From an uncultured bacterium (GTDB lineage Bacteria; Babelota; Babeliae; Babelales; Babelaceae): a stretch of DNA of 64,000 nt. Location: contig CAWFXL010000001.1 of assembly GCA_963819815.1 (NCBI GenBank), positions 928,001 through 992,000 on the forward strand, read 5' to 3'. Within the stretch, counting starts at the first letter, position 1. Each line of letters starts with the position of its first letter. The position numbers and the translations under genes were made by a program. The notes under the pieces are model-generated. The model saw nothing but the letters and a program-made list of their open reading frames with translations, did not search any database and had not been told where the DNA came from. Positions 29,809 through 39,253 of this stretch are shown piece by piece.

Positions 29809-31425
29809 GTGATGAGCTTTCGTATATTTGGACTAAGTAGTCTACTCATTATATCAATGAACCTTGGTGGTGCTATGACTACACAACGCATAGATGTTGC
29901 ACTTCCAGCAGTAGAGAATGTGCAACAACAGCTCATTAGTGCTGCAAAAGCTGGCGATGCCGATCGTATAAGAACTCTTCTTGCTCAAGGTGCTTTACTA
30001 TGCCAGAAAGATAGCTGTTGGTATACACCCTTTGACTGGGCAGCTATTTATGGGCATGTTACATGCTTACATATTTTCCTTGATGAACTTGAAAACAATA
30101 CACCAATAGATTGCCGAGATGAGTACTATGAAACTCTAAAAGGCATAAAGATGCACCACGTTGATTTGGGTATATTCCAAAGAGATCCCCAGAGTATTGA
30201 GATTAAATGCCTGGCTCCTTTCCTTCTGAGGATGTATGACCATTTCGGCGACTGGGGTCATGAAATCCGTGGCAGCCCAAATTTACTGAGAGAGATTTAC
30301 GACAGAATACGAGACCAGCTTTCACTTAACATTGTACTGAACTATTTTTCGTCTGGTGACAACGTTCTGCAGCAAGCCCTACTAGCCTCAGGAGCACATC
30401 GTGAAATAGGAAATCTTGATCACCTATTCAACCCTTTACAAGGCCCTCGCTCTATACTCAGACTAGCACTACTCTGTGCTGGAGAAGCACCTGACATTAA
30501 CCATACAACTGCACCTCCTTCAAAAGAAAAAATCAGAGAGCATCATCTTACAAGGCTCATGCGTTTTGCCATCCGTGAAGAGCATGAAGCCCTTTTGCGG
30601 GCTCTTATAGATGAAGGAATAAGCGTTAGAACTGCCACTGTATCAAGCGACTGGCCAAATCTTCACGTTGCAGCATGGTATGGCAAGGTAGGAATGGCAA
30701 GAATATTACTTGATGCAGGCGCGCCTATCGACCAGCGACGCGGTTCAGATACTGCTTTTTGTTTCGCCTGTGAACGTAAATCATACGATGTAGCACAACT
30801 CCTTTTTGAATCAGGCACTTCCATTGAAGATAGCTATACCCGTCGACTATGCATACGACATTTAGGTAAACAGCCCTTTTATAAAATGCTTCTCACGGGA
30901 AGTAAAAAAAGATATGCCCCCACAAAGAATGATGCGAAAATTGCCATGCAAAATATTGCATTCCTCATCTACATCTTTGGCACTACATGTAATCTTCCAC
31001 CTTACGTTATCTATGAGCTACTTCTATTTGCAACAGGCGAACAGAAAGATGAGCAGGGAGATCCGATTGCACCTGAATGGACTCGATCAATAAAAAAATC
31101 CCTCTCAGTGTTGTATCTCTACAAATGTAATGGCAATAGACTTTTTCCCCTGTGGGAACAAACTATTAAGTGCCTTGTAAAAGATCCACAACAGCAAGCA
31201 CTGGTCATTTCAAACCTTGAGAATTTCATTCGACCGGTTCTCGGCAATGATGTCGTGAAATTAGCTTGCATATTTCTTATGCAGAAAATTGCTGCAGATG
31301 CTGGCCCACAACAGCAACTTGCATATGAAAATGCCCTTTTTGGCAAAGATTTTGAGCTGTATTGCAAATATTTAAAAGGGTCAGGGTATCTAGCAATTGA
31401 TGGAAACGGAAAGGAAGCACCTTAA
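29809..31425 (+). CDS. Secreted ankyrin-repeat protein, array member 13 (subfamily B)
   Basis: Start is GTG 29809 or ATG 29812; signal peptide, ANK repeats, conserved C-terminal domain. Confidence 0.9.
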   Translation: MMSFRIFGLSSLLIISMNLGGAMTTQRIDVALPAVENVQQQLISAAKAGDADRIRTLLAQGALLCQKDSCWYTPFDWAAIYGHVTCLHIFLDELENNTPIDCRDEYYETLKGIKMHHVDLGIFQRDPQSIEIKCLAPFLLRMYDHFGDWGHEIRGSPNLLREIYDRIRDQLSLNIVLNYFSSGDNVLQQALLASGAHREIGNLDHLFNPLQGPRSILRLALLCAGEAPDINHTTAPPSKEKIREHHLTRLMRFAIREEHEALLRALIDEGISVRTATVSSDWPNLHVAAWYGKVGMARILLDAGAPIDQRRGSDTAFCFACERKSYDVAQLLFESGTSIEDSYTRRLCIRHLGKQPFYKMLLTGSKKRYAPTKNDAKIAMQNIAFLIYIFGTTCNLPPYVIYELLLFATGEQKDEQGDPIAPEWTRSIKKSLSVLYLYKCNGNRLFPLWEQTIKCLVKDPQQQALVISNLENFIRPVLGNDVVKLACIFLMQKIAADAGPQQQLAYENALFGKDFELYCKYLKGSGYLAIDGNGKEAP

Positions 31426-31437
31426 GTTCTGGAAATA

Positions 31438-31593
31438 ATCGCCTGTTTGTACCTTTTGGAGAAAGTTACGGAAGAAGTGGCCCTCAATAGCAAAGTGCCT
31501 ATGAAAATGCCCTTTTTTGGCAAAGATTGCGAGCTCTATTACAAGCCTTTGGCAGGGTATCTGCAGCCCATACATTGACTTGACACACCTTAA
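31438..31593 (+). pseudogene. Frameshifted remnant of the 3' end of a lost ankyrin-array paralog
   Basis: ATCGCCTGTTTGTACCTTTTGGAGAAAGTT...TATGAAAATGCCCTTTTTTGGCAAAGATTGCGAGCTCTATTACAA...CAGGGTATCT matches the ends of members 13 and 14. Confidence 0.75.
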
Positions 31594-31676
31594 GTTTAGA
31601 ATGCTCAACAAATTGTCTCTTGTGACAAATGAGGAAAAAAATCATCTGTAAAATTGTAAAAATAAGGAACAATCGT

Positions 31677-33215
31677 ATGAAAAAACTACTTGGGCTCACT
31701 AGTCTACTCATTATCTCATGGAGTCTTTGCGCTTTGGCTGCACAATGCGCAGAAGTTACTCTTCCAGCAGTAGAGGATGTGCAACAACAGCTCATCAATG
31801 CTGCAAAAGCTGGTGATGCTGCTCATATAAAAGCTCTCCTCACTCAGGGTGCTTTAATCGTTGAGCCTGATAGTTCAGGGATGGATAAGCTTACAGCATT
31901 TGAGTGGGCAGCAATAAGGGGACATATTGAATGTTGTAATGTGTTACTTGATGAGCTTGAAAGCAATACTCCATCGGCAGTTAAAGTAGTACAAACTGGC
32001 CATTACGATTATCAAAAGCTAATATATATAAAACTGCACCGCAATCTTATTATACCTTTATTTCAAAGAGATCTTAAAAGCACCTCATTAGCTGAACTCA
32101 GCAAGTGTATTGAAGAGATTCGTCAACAGATGCGTAAACACCCTTCCATTTGTATCACACTTAAAGACATCGCAGATAAATTAGATGATCAACTTTCCCT
32201 TAACACTGTGCTCAGCTTTTTTTCATCAGATGATCGTGCTCTAAGGCTCGCACTAGTATCTGCTGGAGCAGAGTATGCAACCGATGCACATACAGTACGT
32301 GATAACGACAAACAAGATGATCTTGAAAGACTTTTGAAGTTTGCCGTTGTAGAGAAAAATAAACAATTATTGGAAGCTCTTATAAGATCAAGCAATAGCA
32401 CTTATTCTCTTAACGAGACTCTTATCCTTGCAACAGAGAGGAACGTAGTACCGATGGCAAAAATATTACTTGATGCAGGTGCATCGATCGAATATCAAAA
32501 TGGGGCTCCTATTCGTGCTGCCTTTCACAATAGGGCGCTAGATATGGCACAGTTCCTTTTTGAGTCAGGTGCTTCTCTACGCGCCTCTATTGCTCAAAGA
32601 TTCAATGAACTTGTTGAATCTCACAGGTCTCAACAATATGCGTCTAAACTATTGGTAACCCTTACACTCCCGGAGCCTTATTTTAAAACTCTACTGCGGG
32701 GAAGCGTGCGAAGATATGTTCCCACAAAGATCGAGGCGAAAGTTGCAATGCAAAACATTGCGCGTCTGATATATGCATTAGGTAGGCACTTTCCAGCTTA
32801 CGTTGTGTTTGAGGTACTGTTATTTGCGACAGATGATCAGCGTGATGCACAAAAACAATTGGTTGCACCGGAATGGACCAGATCGTTAAAAAGTTCACTC
32901 GCAGTGCTCTATCTCTACAAATGTAACGGCAATAAGCTTTTTCCTCTTTGGGAAAAAACCATTAAGTGCTTAGTAAAAGATCCACAACAGCAAGCTCTGG
33001 TCATTTCAAAACTTGAGAATTTCATTCGACCGTTTCTAGGCAATGATGTCATAGAGATCGCCTGCTTGTATCTTATGGAAAAAGTCGCTGAAGAAGGTGG
33101 CCCACATCAGCAAAAACAATACGAAACCCGACTTTTCGGTAGAGATTTTGAGCTCTATTACAACCACTTGAAAGAGTCGGCGCAACTGAAAATAAATGGA
33201 TTTGAAGCTCCTTAA
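31677..33215 (+). CDS. Secreted ankyrin-repeat protein, array member 14 (subfamily C)
   Basis: ATG at 31677 after AAGGA SD; LTAFEWAAIRGH; conserved C-terminal domain. Confidence 0.9.
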   Translation: MKKLLGLTSLLIISWSLCALAAQCAEVTLPAVEDVQQQLINAAKAGDAAHIKALLTQGALIVEPDSSGMDKLTAFEWAAIRGHIECCNVLLDELESNTPSAVKVVQTGHYDYQKLIYIKLHRNLIIPLFQRDLKSTSLAELSKCIEEIRQQMRKHPSICITLKDIADKLDDQLSLNTVLSFFSSDDRALRLALVSAGAEYATDAHTVRDNDKQDDLERLLKFAVVEKNKQLLEALIRSSNSTYSLNETLILATERNVVPMAKILLDAGASIEYQNGAPIRAAFHNRALDMAQFLFESGASLRASIAQRFNELVESHRSQQYASKLLVTLTLPEPYFKTLLRGSVRRYVPTKIEAKVAMQNIARLIYALGRHFPAYVVFEVLLFATDDQRDAQKQLVAPEWTRSLKSSLAVLYLYKCNGNKLFPLWEKTIKCLVKDPQQQALVISKLENFIRPFLGNDVIEIACLYLMEKVAEEGGPHQQKQYETRLFGRDFELYYNHLKESAQLKINGFEAP

Positions 33216-33249
33216 ATTCTGGAAATAATTATATAGTAAGGAAAATCTC

Positions 33250-34764
33250 ATGAACATTAGCATACTTGCACTAAGTGGTCTACTCCTGATCTCACATAAC
33301 CTGGGCGGCATGATCGAACACCAAGAGCAAACTGTAGTAAGTACCAAAGATGAACAAAACTTATTAAATTACCAACTTATCAGTGCCACAAAAGCTGGTG
33401 ATGCCTTGCGTATTAAAGAGCTTCTTAAAAAAGGAGCCTTAATAGTTGATGAAGACGACCCATTTCGCTATTTGTCTATTCATTGGGCTGCAATAAGGGG
33501 ACATCTTGAATGCTTAGACATCCTTCTTGATGCGCTTGAAAGCAATATTCCTCTAGCTTTACAAGGTGAAGACATTTTTCAGACACTACAAACAGTACGG
33601 GCATATCGTCATAAACTTGTGCCACTCTTTCAAAGGGATCCAAGGAGCCTTGCTGAGCTCACCAAATGTATTGAGAAAATAGATCAATATAAAATGAACG
33701 AAGTTGATGTCGGTTATGAGCTACATTGGACACTTAATCAGATTTTAGACAAGTTAGAATATCAACTCTCACTGAACGTCGTCTTCAATTGTTTTCATTC
33801 TCATGAAAACCTACGTTCCATACTAGTACGTGCAGGAGCAGTGCTTGCTACCGATGCCCACGCGGTAAGTACTGCCGAAAAGCAGAAACATCTTGATAAG
33901 CTTTTGCTGTTTGCAGCACGAGAAGATGATGAACTTGTTAAAGCTCTTATAGACTGCGGAGCAAATGTGCATACAGTTGAAAAGCCGAATAATCGAACAC
34001 CCCTGCACACTGCAGCAAGGTATGATCATCTGCGCACCGTTAAACTATTACTAAATGCAGGCGCGTCCCTTGAGTCCGAAGATAAAAATGGGTTAACACC
34101 ATTGCATGAAGCTCGAGACATCAGAGCATTTGGCACGATGCAGATCCTTCTTGAATCAGGTGCTAACATTCGTCGAAACGGGTTTAAATACAGGTTAAAA
34201 GATGATCTCATAGCATCTCTCAAAACACTCCTCCAGGCGAGTGTTCGAAGATATGCTCCTACCAAGACCGAGGCTAAAATTGCCATGCAAAATATTGCAT
34301 TCCTCATCTATATCTTGGGCATTACCTGTAATCTTCCACCTTACGTTATTTATGAGATCATCTTATTTGCGGCAGGAGAGAAAAATGAGCAAGGACACCT
34401 TATTGCACCAGAATGGACAAACGCATTAAAACGAGATATTGCCGTGATCCATCTCTATATGTGTAACGGCAATAAGCTTCGTCCTCTATGGGAACAAACT
34501 GTTAGGTGTATAGTAAAAGATCCACAACAGCAGACTCTTCTCATTTCAAAACTTGAGAATTTTATACAGCCATTTTTAGGAAGCGACGTCAGAAAAATCG
34601 TCTGCCACAGACTTATGAATCAAGTTGCCGCTGAACCTCTGCTCACTGCCGGGGTCGATGGCAGATTTGAAGGTACAAATAGAGATGATATTTTTGGCGA
34701 AGATGCCCAGCTCTATTTGGATCACTTGCAAGAATATCTTCACGTAGATGGGCTTTTTGAATAG
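33250..34764 (+). CDS. Secreted ankyrin-repeat protein, array member 15 (subfamily D)
   Basis: Signal peptide; RTPLHTAA and GLTPLHEA ANK repeats; closest to member 17. Confidence 0.9.
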   Translation: MNISILALSGLLLISHNLGGMIEHQEQTVVSTKDEQNLLNYQLISATKAGDALRIKELLKKGALIVDEDDPFRYLSIHWAAIRGHLECLDILLDALESNIPLALQGEDIFQTLQTVRAYRHKLVPLFQRDPRSLAELTKCIEKIDQYKMNEVDVGYELHWTLNQILDKLEYQLSLNVVFNCFHSHENLRSILVRAGAVLATDAHAVSTAEKQKHLDKLLLFAAREDDELVKALIDCGANVHTVEKPNNRTPLHTAARYDHLRTVKLLLNAGASLESEDKNGLTPLHEARDIRAFGTMQILLESGANIRRNGFKYRLKDDLIASLKTLLQASVRRYAPTKTEAKIAMQNIAFLIYILGITCNLPPYVIYEIILFAAGEKNEQGHLIAPEWTNALKRDIAVIHLYMCNGNKLRPLWEQTVRCIVKDPQQQTLLISKLENFIQPFLGSDVRKIVCHRLMNQVAAEPLLTAGVDGRFEGTNRDDIFGEDAQLYLDHLQEYLHVDGLFE

Positions 34765-34892
34765 GGTGTATATCTAAGGCTAAAAAATGGAATGCCATTA
34801 ATGAAATAGTACGAATTGTCGGAAAGTTTGGTAAAGGAAATACAGACTATCAAATTATTTTAATGCGTCAGCCCCTGCCTACAGTTGCTGAA

Positions 34893-34952
34893 AAAGATTT
34901 CGAGCTATATCATAACCATTTAAAAGAGTCAGGTTATCTTGATCGACCTTAA
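34893..34952 (+). pseudogene. Short remnant of a paralog 3' end (KDFELYHNHLKESGYL)
   Basis: AAAGATTTCGAGCTATATCATAACCATTTAAAAGAGTCAGGTTATCTT matches family C-termini and is followed by the CCTTAAGT..GAAAATAAGTATA intergenic motif. Confidence 0.7.
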
Positions 34953-34981
34953 GTCCTGAAAATAAGTATAGGTAAACCTCC

Positions 34982-36448
34982 ATGAGCATTCGAATATTTA
35001 CCGTAATTGGTCTACTCATCTTGTGGAGCTTTTGTACTATGGCTGCAGAACGTGCAGAAGAAGTTGCACTTCCAGCAGTAGCAGATCTTCAACAACAGCT
35101 CATCGGTGCTTCAAAAGTCGGTGATGCTGCCCGCATAAAAGCTCTTCTTGCTCAAGGTGCTTTAATAGTTGAGTCTGATAGTCCAAGGTTATCTGATCTC
35201 ACAGCGTTTGAGTGGGCAGCACTAAAGGGACACCCTGAATGCTGTAATTTGTTGCTTGATGAACTTGAAAATAATACTCCCCTGGATGCCAAAGGAAAGG
35301 GATATACCAACCGCCATCAAAATTACCGCACCCTGCAAAATGTAAAACAGCACCGAGATCTTTTTGTACCTCTCTTTCAAAAAGATCTTCGAGGCACATC
35401 CCTGGCTAAACTCAGGCTGTGTATACAGACTCTCAAGTTGTGGAGTTACCTTGCCCAGCTTTATAGGCTCATAGATAAGTTAGAAGATCAGTATTCCCTT
35501 AACACCGTTCTCAGCTATTTTTCATCTGATGATACGCCGTTAAGACTCGCACTCCTATCTGCGGAAGCAAAGTATGTAACAGATGCTCATTATAGCGACA
35601 AACAAGAGCATCTTGACAGACTCTTAAGGCTTGCTGTTGCACAGGAAAATAAAGAGCTACTAGAAGCTCTCATACACGCAAATGCAAGCATCGATTCTCT
35701 GAGCAATGCCTTATGCCTTGCAGCTGCAAGAGATACGGTGCCCATGGCAAAAATCTTGCTTCATGCAGGTGCATCGATCGATTACAAGCCTAAAAGAGCA
35801 TCCACCCCTTATTTTGAAGCCTTCAACAATAATGCGCTACGTATGGGACATTTCCTTTTTGAGTCAGGCGCTTCTATACAACACCACCTTCTATCACCTA
35901 GCTATTACCTTGATAGGCGCTATTTTGAAACACTTATGCGAGGAAGTGTACGAAGATATGCTCCCACAAAAAAAGAAGCCAAAAACGCAATGCAGAACAT
36001 TGCACGTCTCATATATGCCTTGAACCACTTACCAGCTTACGTTATCTATGAGATCATCTTATTTGCGGCAGGAGAACAGAATGATGACCAAGGACAACCG
36101 ATTGCACCAGAATGGACTATGGCATTAAAAAATTCCCTCGCGGTATTGTATCTCTACAAATGTAACGGCAATAAGCTTTTTCCCCTTTGGGAACAAACCA
36201 TGAGGTGTATAGTAAAAGATCCACAACAGCAGGCTCTGCTTATTTCAAAACTTGAGAACTTTATTCGACCGTTTCTCGCTAATGATGTCATAAAGATCAC
36301 CTGTTTATATCTTATGGAAAAGGTTGCTGAAGATGCTGGTCCCCAACACAAAGGTGAATATACCAATGCACTTTGTGATGATTTTGAGTTCTATTACAAC
36401 CATTTGAAAGACGGACCACTAAACATAGGTGGATTTGATACCCCTTGA
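34982..36448 (+). CDS. Secreted ankyrin-repeat protein, array member 16 (subfamily C)
   Basis: Signal peptide; LTAFEWAALKGH; closest to member 14. Confidence 0.9.
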   Translation: MSIRIFTVIGLLILWSFCTMAAERAEEVALPAVADLQQQLIGASKVGDAARIKALLAQGALIVESDSPRLSDLTAFEWAALKGHPECCNLLLDELENNTPLDAKGKGYTNRHQNYRTLQNVKQHRDLFVPLFQKDLRGTSLAKLRLCIQTLKLWSYLAQLYRLIDKLEDQYSLNTVLSYFSSDDTPLRLALLSAEAKYVTDAHYSDKQEHLDRLLRLAVAQENKELLEALIHANASIDSLSNALCLAAARDTVPMAKILLHAGASIDYKPKRASTPYFEAFNNNALRMGHFLFESGASIQHHLLSPSYYLDRRYFETLMRGSVRRYAPTKKEAKNAMQNIARLIYALNHLPAYVIYEIILFAAGEQNDDQGQPIAPEWTMALKNSLAVLYLYKCNGNKLFPLWEQTMRCIVKDPQQQALLISKLENFIRPFLANDVIKITCLYLMEKVAEDAGPQHKGEYTNALCDDFEFYYNHLKDGPLNIGGFDTP

Positions 36449-36686
36449 GTTAGAAGGAAAAAACAAATGAAACAAATTCCACAAACCCCCCATTCTGCGG
36501 CTTGGAACCACTTGCTCCTTCTTCAAAGAATATACTGTTTAGGAACAGTCTTTATAACAGCTACCTTACTAGCTTGATTAGATGCTCTATGAGTATAGGC
36601 TGGCTAAACTCATTACCTGTCGGTTGACATGGCAACCGCGGTAAAGAAAAGAATTATTGGGAAAATAATTGTATCGGAAACATCTC

Positions 36687-38180
36687 ATGAACATTCGTAT
36701 ACTAAGTGGTCTCCTCGTGATTTCACAGAGTCTGGGAGCTATGATTGTGCACCAAGAACAAGCCGTTGTACGTACCAAGGAAGAACAAAACATACTGAAT
36801 TACCAGCTGATCAGCGCTACAAAAGCTGGTGATGCTTCGCGTATTAAAGAGCTCCTTAAAAAAGGAGCCTTGATAGTTGATGAAGACCCTTTCCACTATA
36901 TATCTATTCATTGGGCTGCAATAAGGGGACATATTAACTGCTTGAACATCCTTCTTGATGCGCTTGAAAACAACACCCCCTTAGCTCTACAACGTGCAGG
37001 TGCGTATCTGGAACTGCAAACAGTACGGGAAAACCGCCATCTTATTGTACGACTCTTTCAAAGAGATCCAAAGAGTCTAGCTGAGCTCACCACGTGTATT
37101 GAGAAATGTAACTATAAGAAGAATGATCCTGAATTCGGTGTGCGCTGGACACTTAATAGGATTTTAATCAAGTTAAAAGAGCAACTTTCACTGAATGTTG
37201 TTTTTAATTGTTTTTATTCTGTTGAAAAATTACGTTCCATGCTTTTACTTGCCGGCGCAGAGCTTGCTACCGATGCGCATACGGTAAGTAATGCCAAAAG
37301 GCAAAAGCACCTCGATAGGCTTTTGCTGTTTGCAGCGAGAGAAGATGATGAGCTTGTTAAAGCTCTTATAGAATCTGGTGCAAACATCCATACTGTCTCG
37401 CGCAATAGTCTAACACCACTGCATATTGCAGCAATGCTGGATAATCTGCGCACCGTTAAAATTTTACTCGATGCGGGCGCATCTATCGAGTCTGAAGATA
37501 AAAATGGGCTAACACCATTGCATCATGCCCGCGGTACAAGGTCATTTGGCTCATTGCAGATCCTTCTTGAATCGGGTGCTAACATTCGCCGAAAAGGAGA
37601 TTGCTTAAGGATCAAAGATGATCTCATAGCGTCTCTTAAAATACTCCTACAAGCAAGCATACGAAGATATGCACCCACAAGGATTGAAACAAAAATTGCT
37701 CTTCAAATTATTGCACGTCTCGTGTATGTCTTAAGTATGCATTTTCCAGCTTACGTCATCTATGAGATTCTTTTATTTGCCGCAGGAAAACAGAAAAATG
37801 AGCACGGATACCCTAATGCACCAGAATGGACAAACGCATTAAAACGAAATCTTGCCGTGATCTATCTCTATACATGTAACGGCAATAAGCTTCGTCCTCT
37901 GTGGGAGCAAACCATAAGATGCATTGTAAAGGATCCACGACAGCAGACTCTTCTCATTTCAAAACTCGAGAATTATATACAGCCGTTTCTCGGAAACGAA
38001 GTCAGAAAAATCGTCTGTCTAAGGCTTATGAATCAAGCTGCCAATGAACCTCTGCTCACCGCATTGGTTAATGGCACATTTGAAGGTACGAATAGAGCCG
38101 ATATTTTTGGCGAAAATTACAAGCTCTATTTGGATCACTTGCAAGAATATCTTCATATAGATGGACTTTTTGAAGGGTGA
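36687..38180 (+). CDS. Secreted ankyrin-repeat protein, array member 17 (subfamily D)
   Basis: ATG at 36687; LTPLHIAA and GLTPLHHA; closest to member 15. Confidence 0.9.
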   Translation: MNIRILSGLLVISQSLGAMIVHQEQAVVRTKEEQNILNYQLISATKAGDASRIKELLKKGALIVDEDPFHYISIHWAAIRGHINCLNILLDALENNTPLALQRAGAYLELQTVRENRHLIVRLFQRDPKSLAELTTCIEKCNYKKNDPEFGVRWTLNRILIKLKEQLSLNVVFNCFYSVEKLRSMLLLAGAELATDAHTVSNAKRQKHLDRLLLFAAREDDELVKALIESGANIHTVSRNSLTPLHIAAMLDNLRTVKILLDAGASIESEDKNGLTPLHHARGTRSFGSLQILLESGANIRRKGDCLRIKDDLIASLKILLQASIRRYAPTRIETKIALQIIARLVYVLSMHFPAYVIYEILLFAAGKQKNEHGYPNAPEWTNALKRNLAVIYLYTCNGNKLRPLWEQTIRCIVKDPRQQTLLISKLENYIQPFLGNEVRKIVCLRLMNQAANEPLLTALVNGTFEGTNRADIFGENYKLYLDHLQEYLHIDGLFEG

Positions 38181-38368
38181 GTGTATCCTCAGGAATAAGT
38201 AGGAGCACCTTCGTAAACATCTTATAGGTGTACTATAATTCTATAGCCTTGGGATCGCCCTGCACTCAATTTTGAGATTATCATGCCATTTTAAAGGCGG
38301 TCTCACTTTACAATTCATGCACCCTTGAGTAGTATACCTATCAAGCTCTCCTCATTAGACAAGACAAT

Positions 38369-39253
38369 ATGACCATTATAGAAGCACGTTCGTGGATTAC
38401 CCAAGAACTCTCGCACAAGTATTCACCAAGCGAATCGCAGGTACTTGCCCAACAGCTATTAAGCTGGGCACTATCACAATCCTTTGCTCACCTTCTTGCC
38501 AATCCACGGCAACCAGTCTCAACAAAAAGTCTTTCTGTACTATCACGCATACTGAGTGAGCATCTAGAAGAGCACAAACCACTTCAGTACTGTTTAGGAA
38601 CAGTTCCTTTTATAACAGCTATCCTGAAGGTACACCCTCCCATCTTAATCCCACGCCCTGAAACAGAATGGTGGGTCGCCCTTATGATCGGTCTTCTGAA
38701 AAAGGTTTCTCATCCAAAACTCACGCTACTTGATATGTGTACCGGTTCTGGCTGCATCGCTATAGCTCTTGCACAAGCCTTTCCTGAAGCAACTATTTAT
38801 GCGGTGGATATTGAAGTAGAAGCCCTTAAGCTTGCCCAAGAAAACGGCACCCTTAACGGATGCACAAATATTATTTTTATCCACTCAGATCTTTTTAAGG
38901 ACATACCTCAAGAGCTCGCATTTGATTGTATAGTAAGCAACCCGCCCTATATCTCACCTTCTGAATATGAGCACCTTGATCCGGATGTAAAACTTTGGGA
39001 AGATGCAAAAGCACTCCGAGCTGAAGATGAAGGGCTTTCGATACTTACTCAAGTTATTGAAGAATCACCCTCCTGGCTTACCCAAAATCCTCTCTTTACC
39101 GAACAGCACGTGCCGCAGCTCGCCGTAGAAATTGGTGAACATCAAGCTGAGAGGGTAAGTACTCAGATGCGTAAATCAGGCTTTGTCCCCACCGTATACC
39201 GCGATCTTGCAGGCAAAGATCGTATGGTAGCTGGTGAGGTACTTGATGAGTAA
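38369..39253 (+). CDS. prmC: Release factor glutamine methyltransferase PrmC/HemK
   Basis: PLQY, ILIPRPETE, LDMCTGSGCIAIALA and VSNPPYI motifs. Confidence 0.95.
   Translation: MTIIEARSWITQELSHKYSPSESQVLAQQLLSWALSQSFAHLLANPRQPVSTKSLSVLSRILSEHLEEHKPLQYCLGTVPFITAILKVHPPILIPRPETEWWVALMIGLLKKVSHPKLTLLDMCTGSGCIAIALAQAFPEATIYAVDIEVEALKLAQENGTLNGCTNIIFIHSDLFKDIPQELAFDCIVSNPPYISPSEYEHLDPDVKLWEDAKALRAEDEGLSILTQVIEESPSWLTQNPLFTEQHVPQLAVEIGEHQAERVSTQMRKSGFVPTVYRDLAGKDRMVAGEVLDE

Larger units (their letters stand above)
8558..38180 (+). repeat. Tandem array of 17 paralogous secreted ankyrin-repeat genes
   Basis: 17 co-oriented ORFs of about 490-630 aa share ANK repeats, the LPxYVIxEI and LYx(C)NGN motifs, and mostly an AGGAAAATCTC-ATG-type RBS. 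Confidence 0.95.

Noticed and set aside
10386..36686. Longer starts given by the ORF track for members 2, 3, 14 and 17 (10386, 12238, 31629, 36669)
   Set aside because: Downstream ATGs (10407, 12259, 31677, 36687) follow the family RBS and begin the signal peptide.
9309..37453. Many short antisense or alternate-frame ORFs that recur along the ankyrin array
   Set aside because: They recur only because the sense genes are paralogous; they have no RBS or independent protein features.
8558..38180. Diversity-generating retroelement or shufflon behind the ankyrin variation
   Set aside because: No reverse transcriptase or recombinase in the window, no template/variable repeat pair with adenine-only differences seen, and all genes are co-oriented with no inversion sites.
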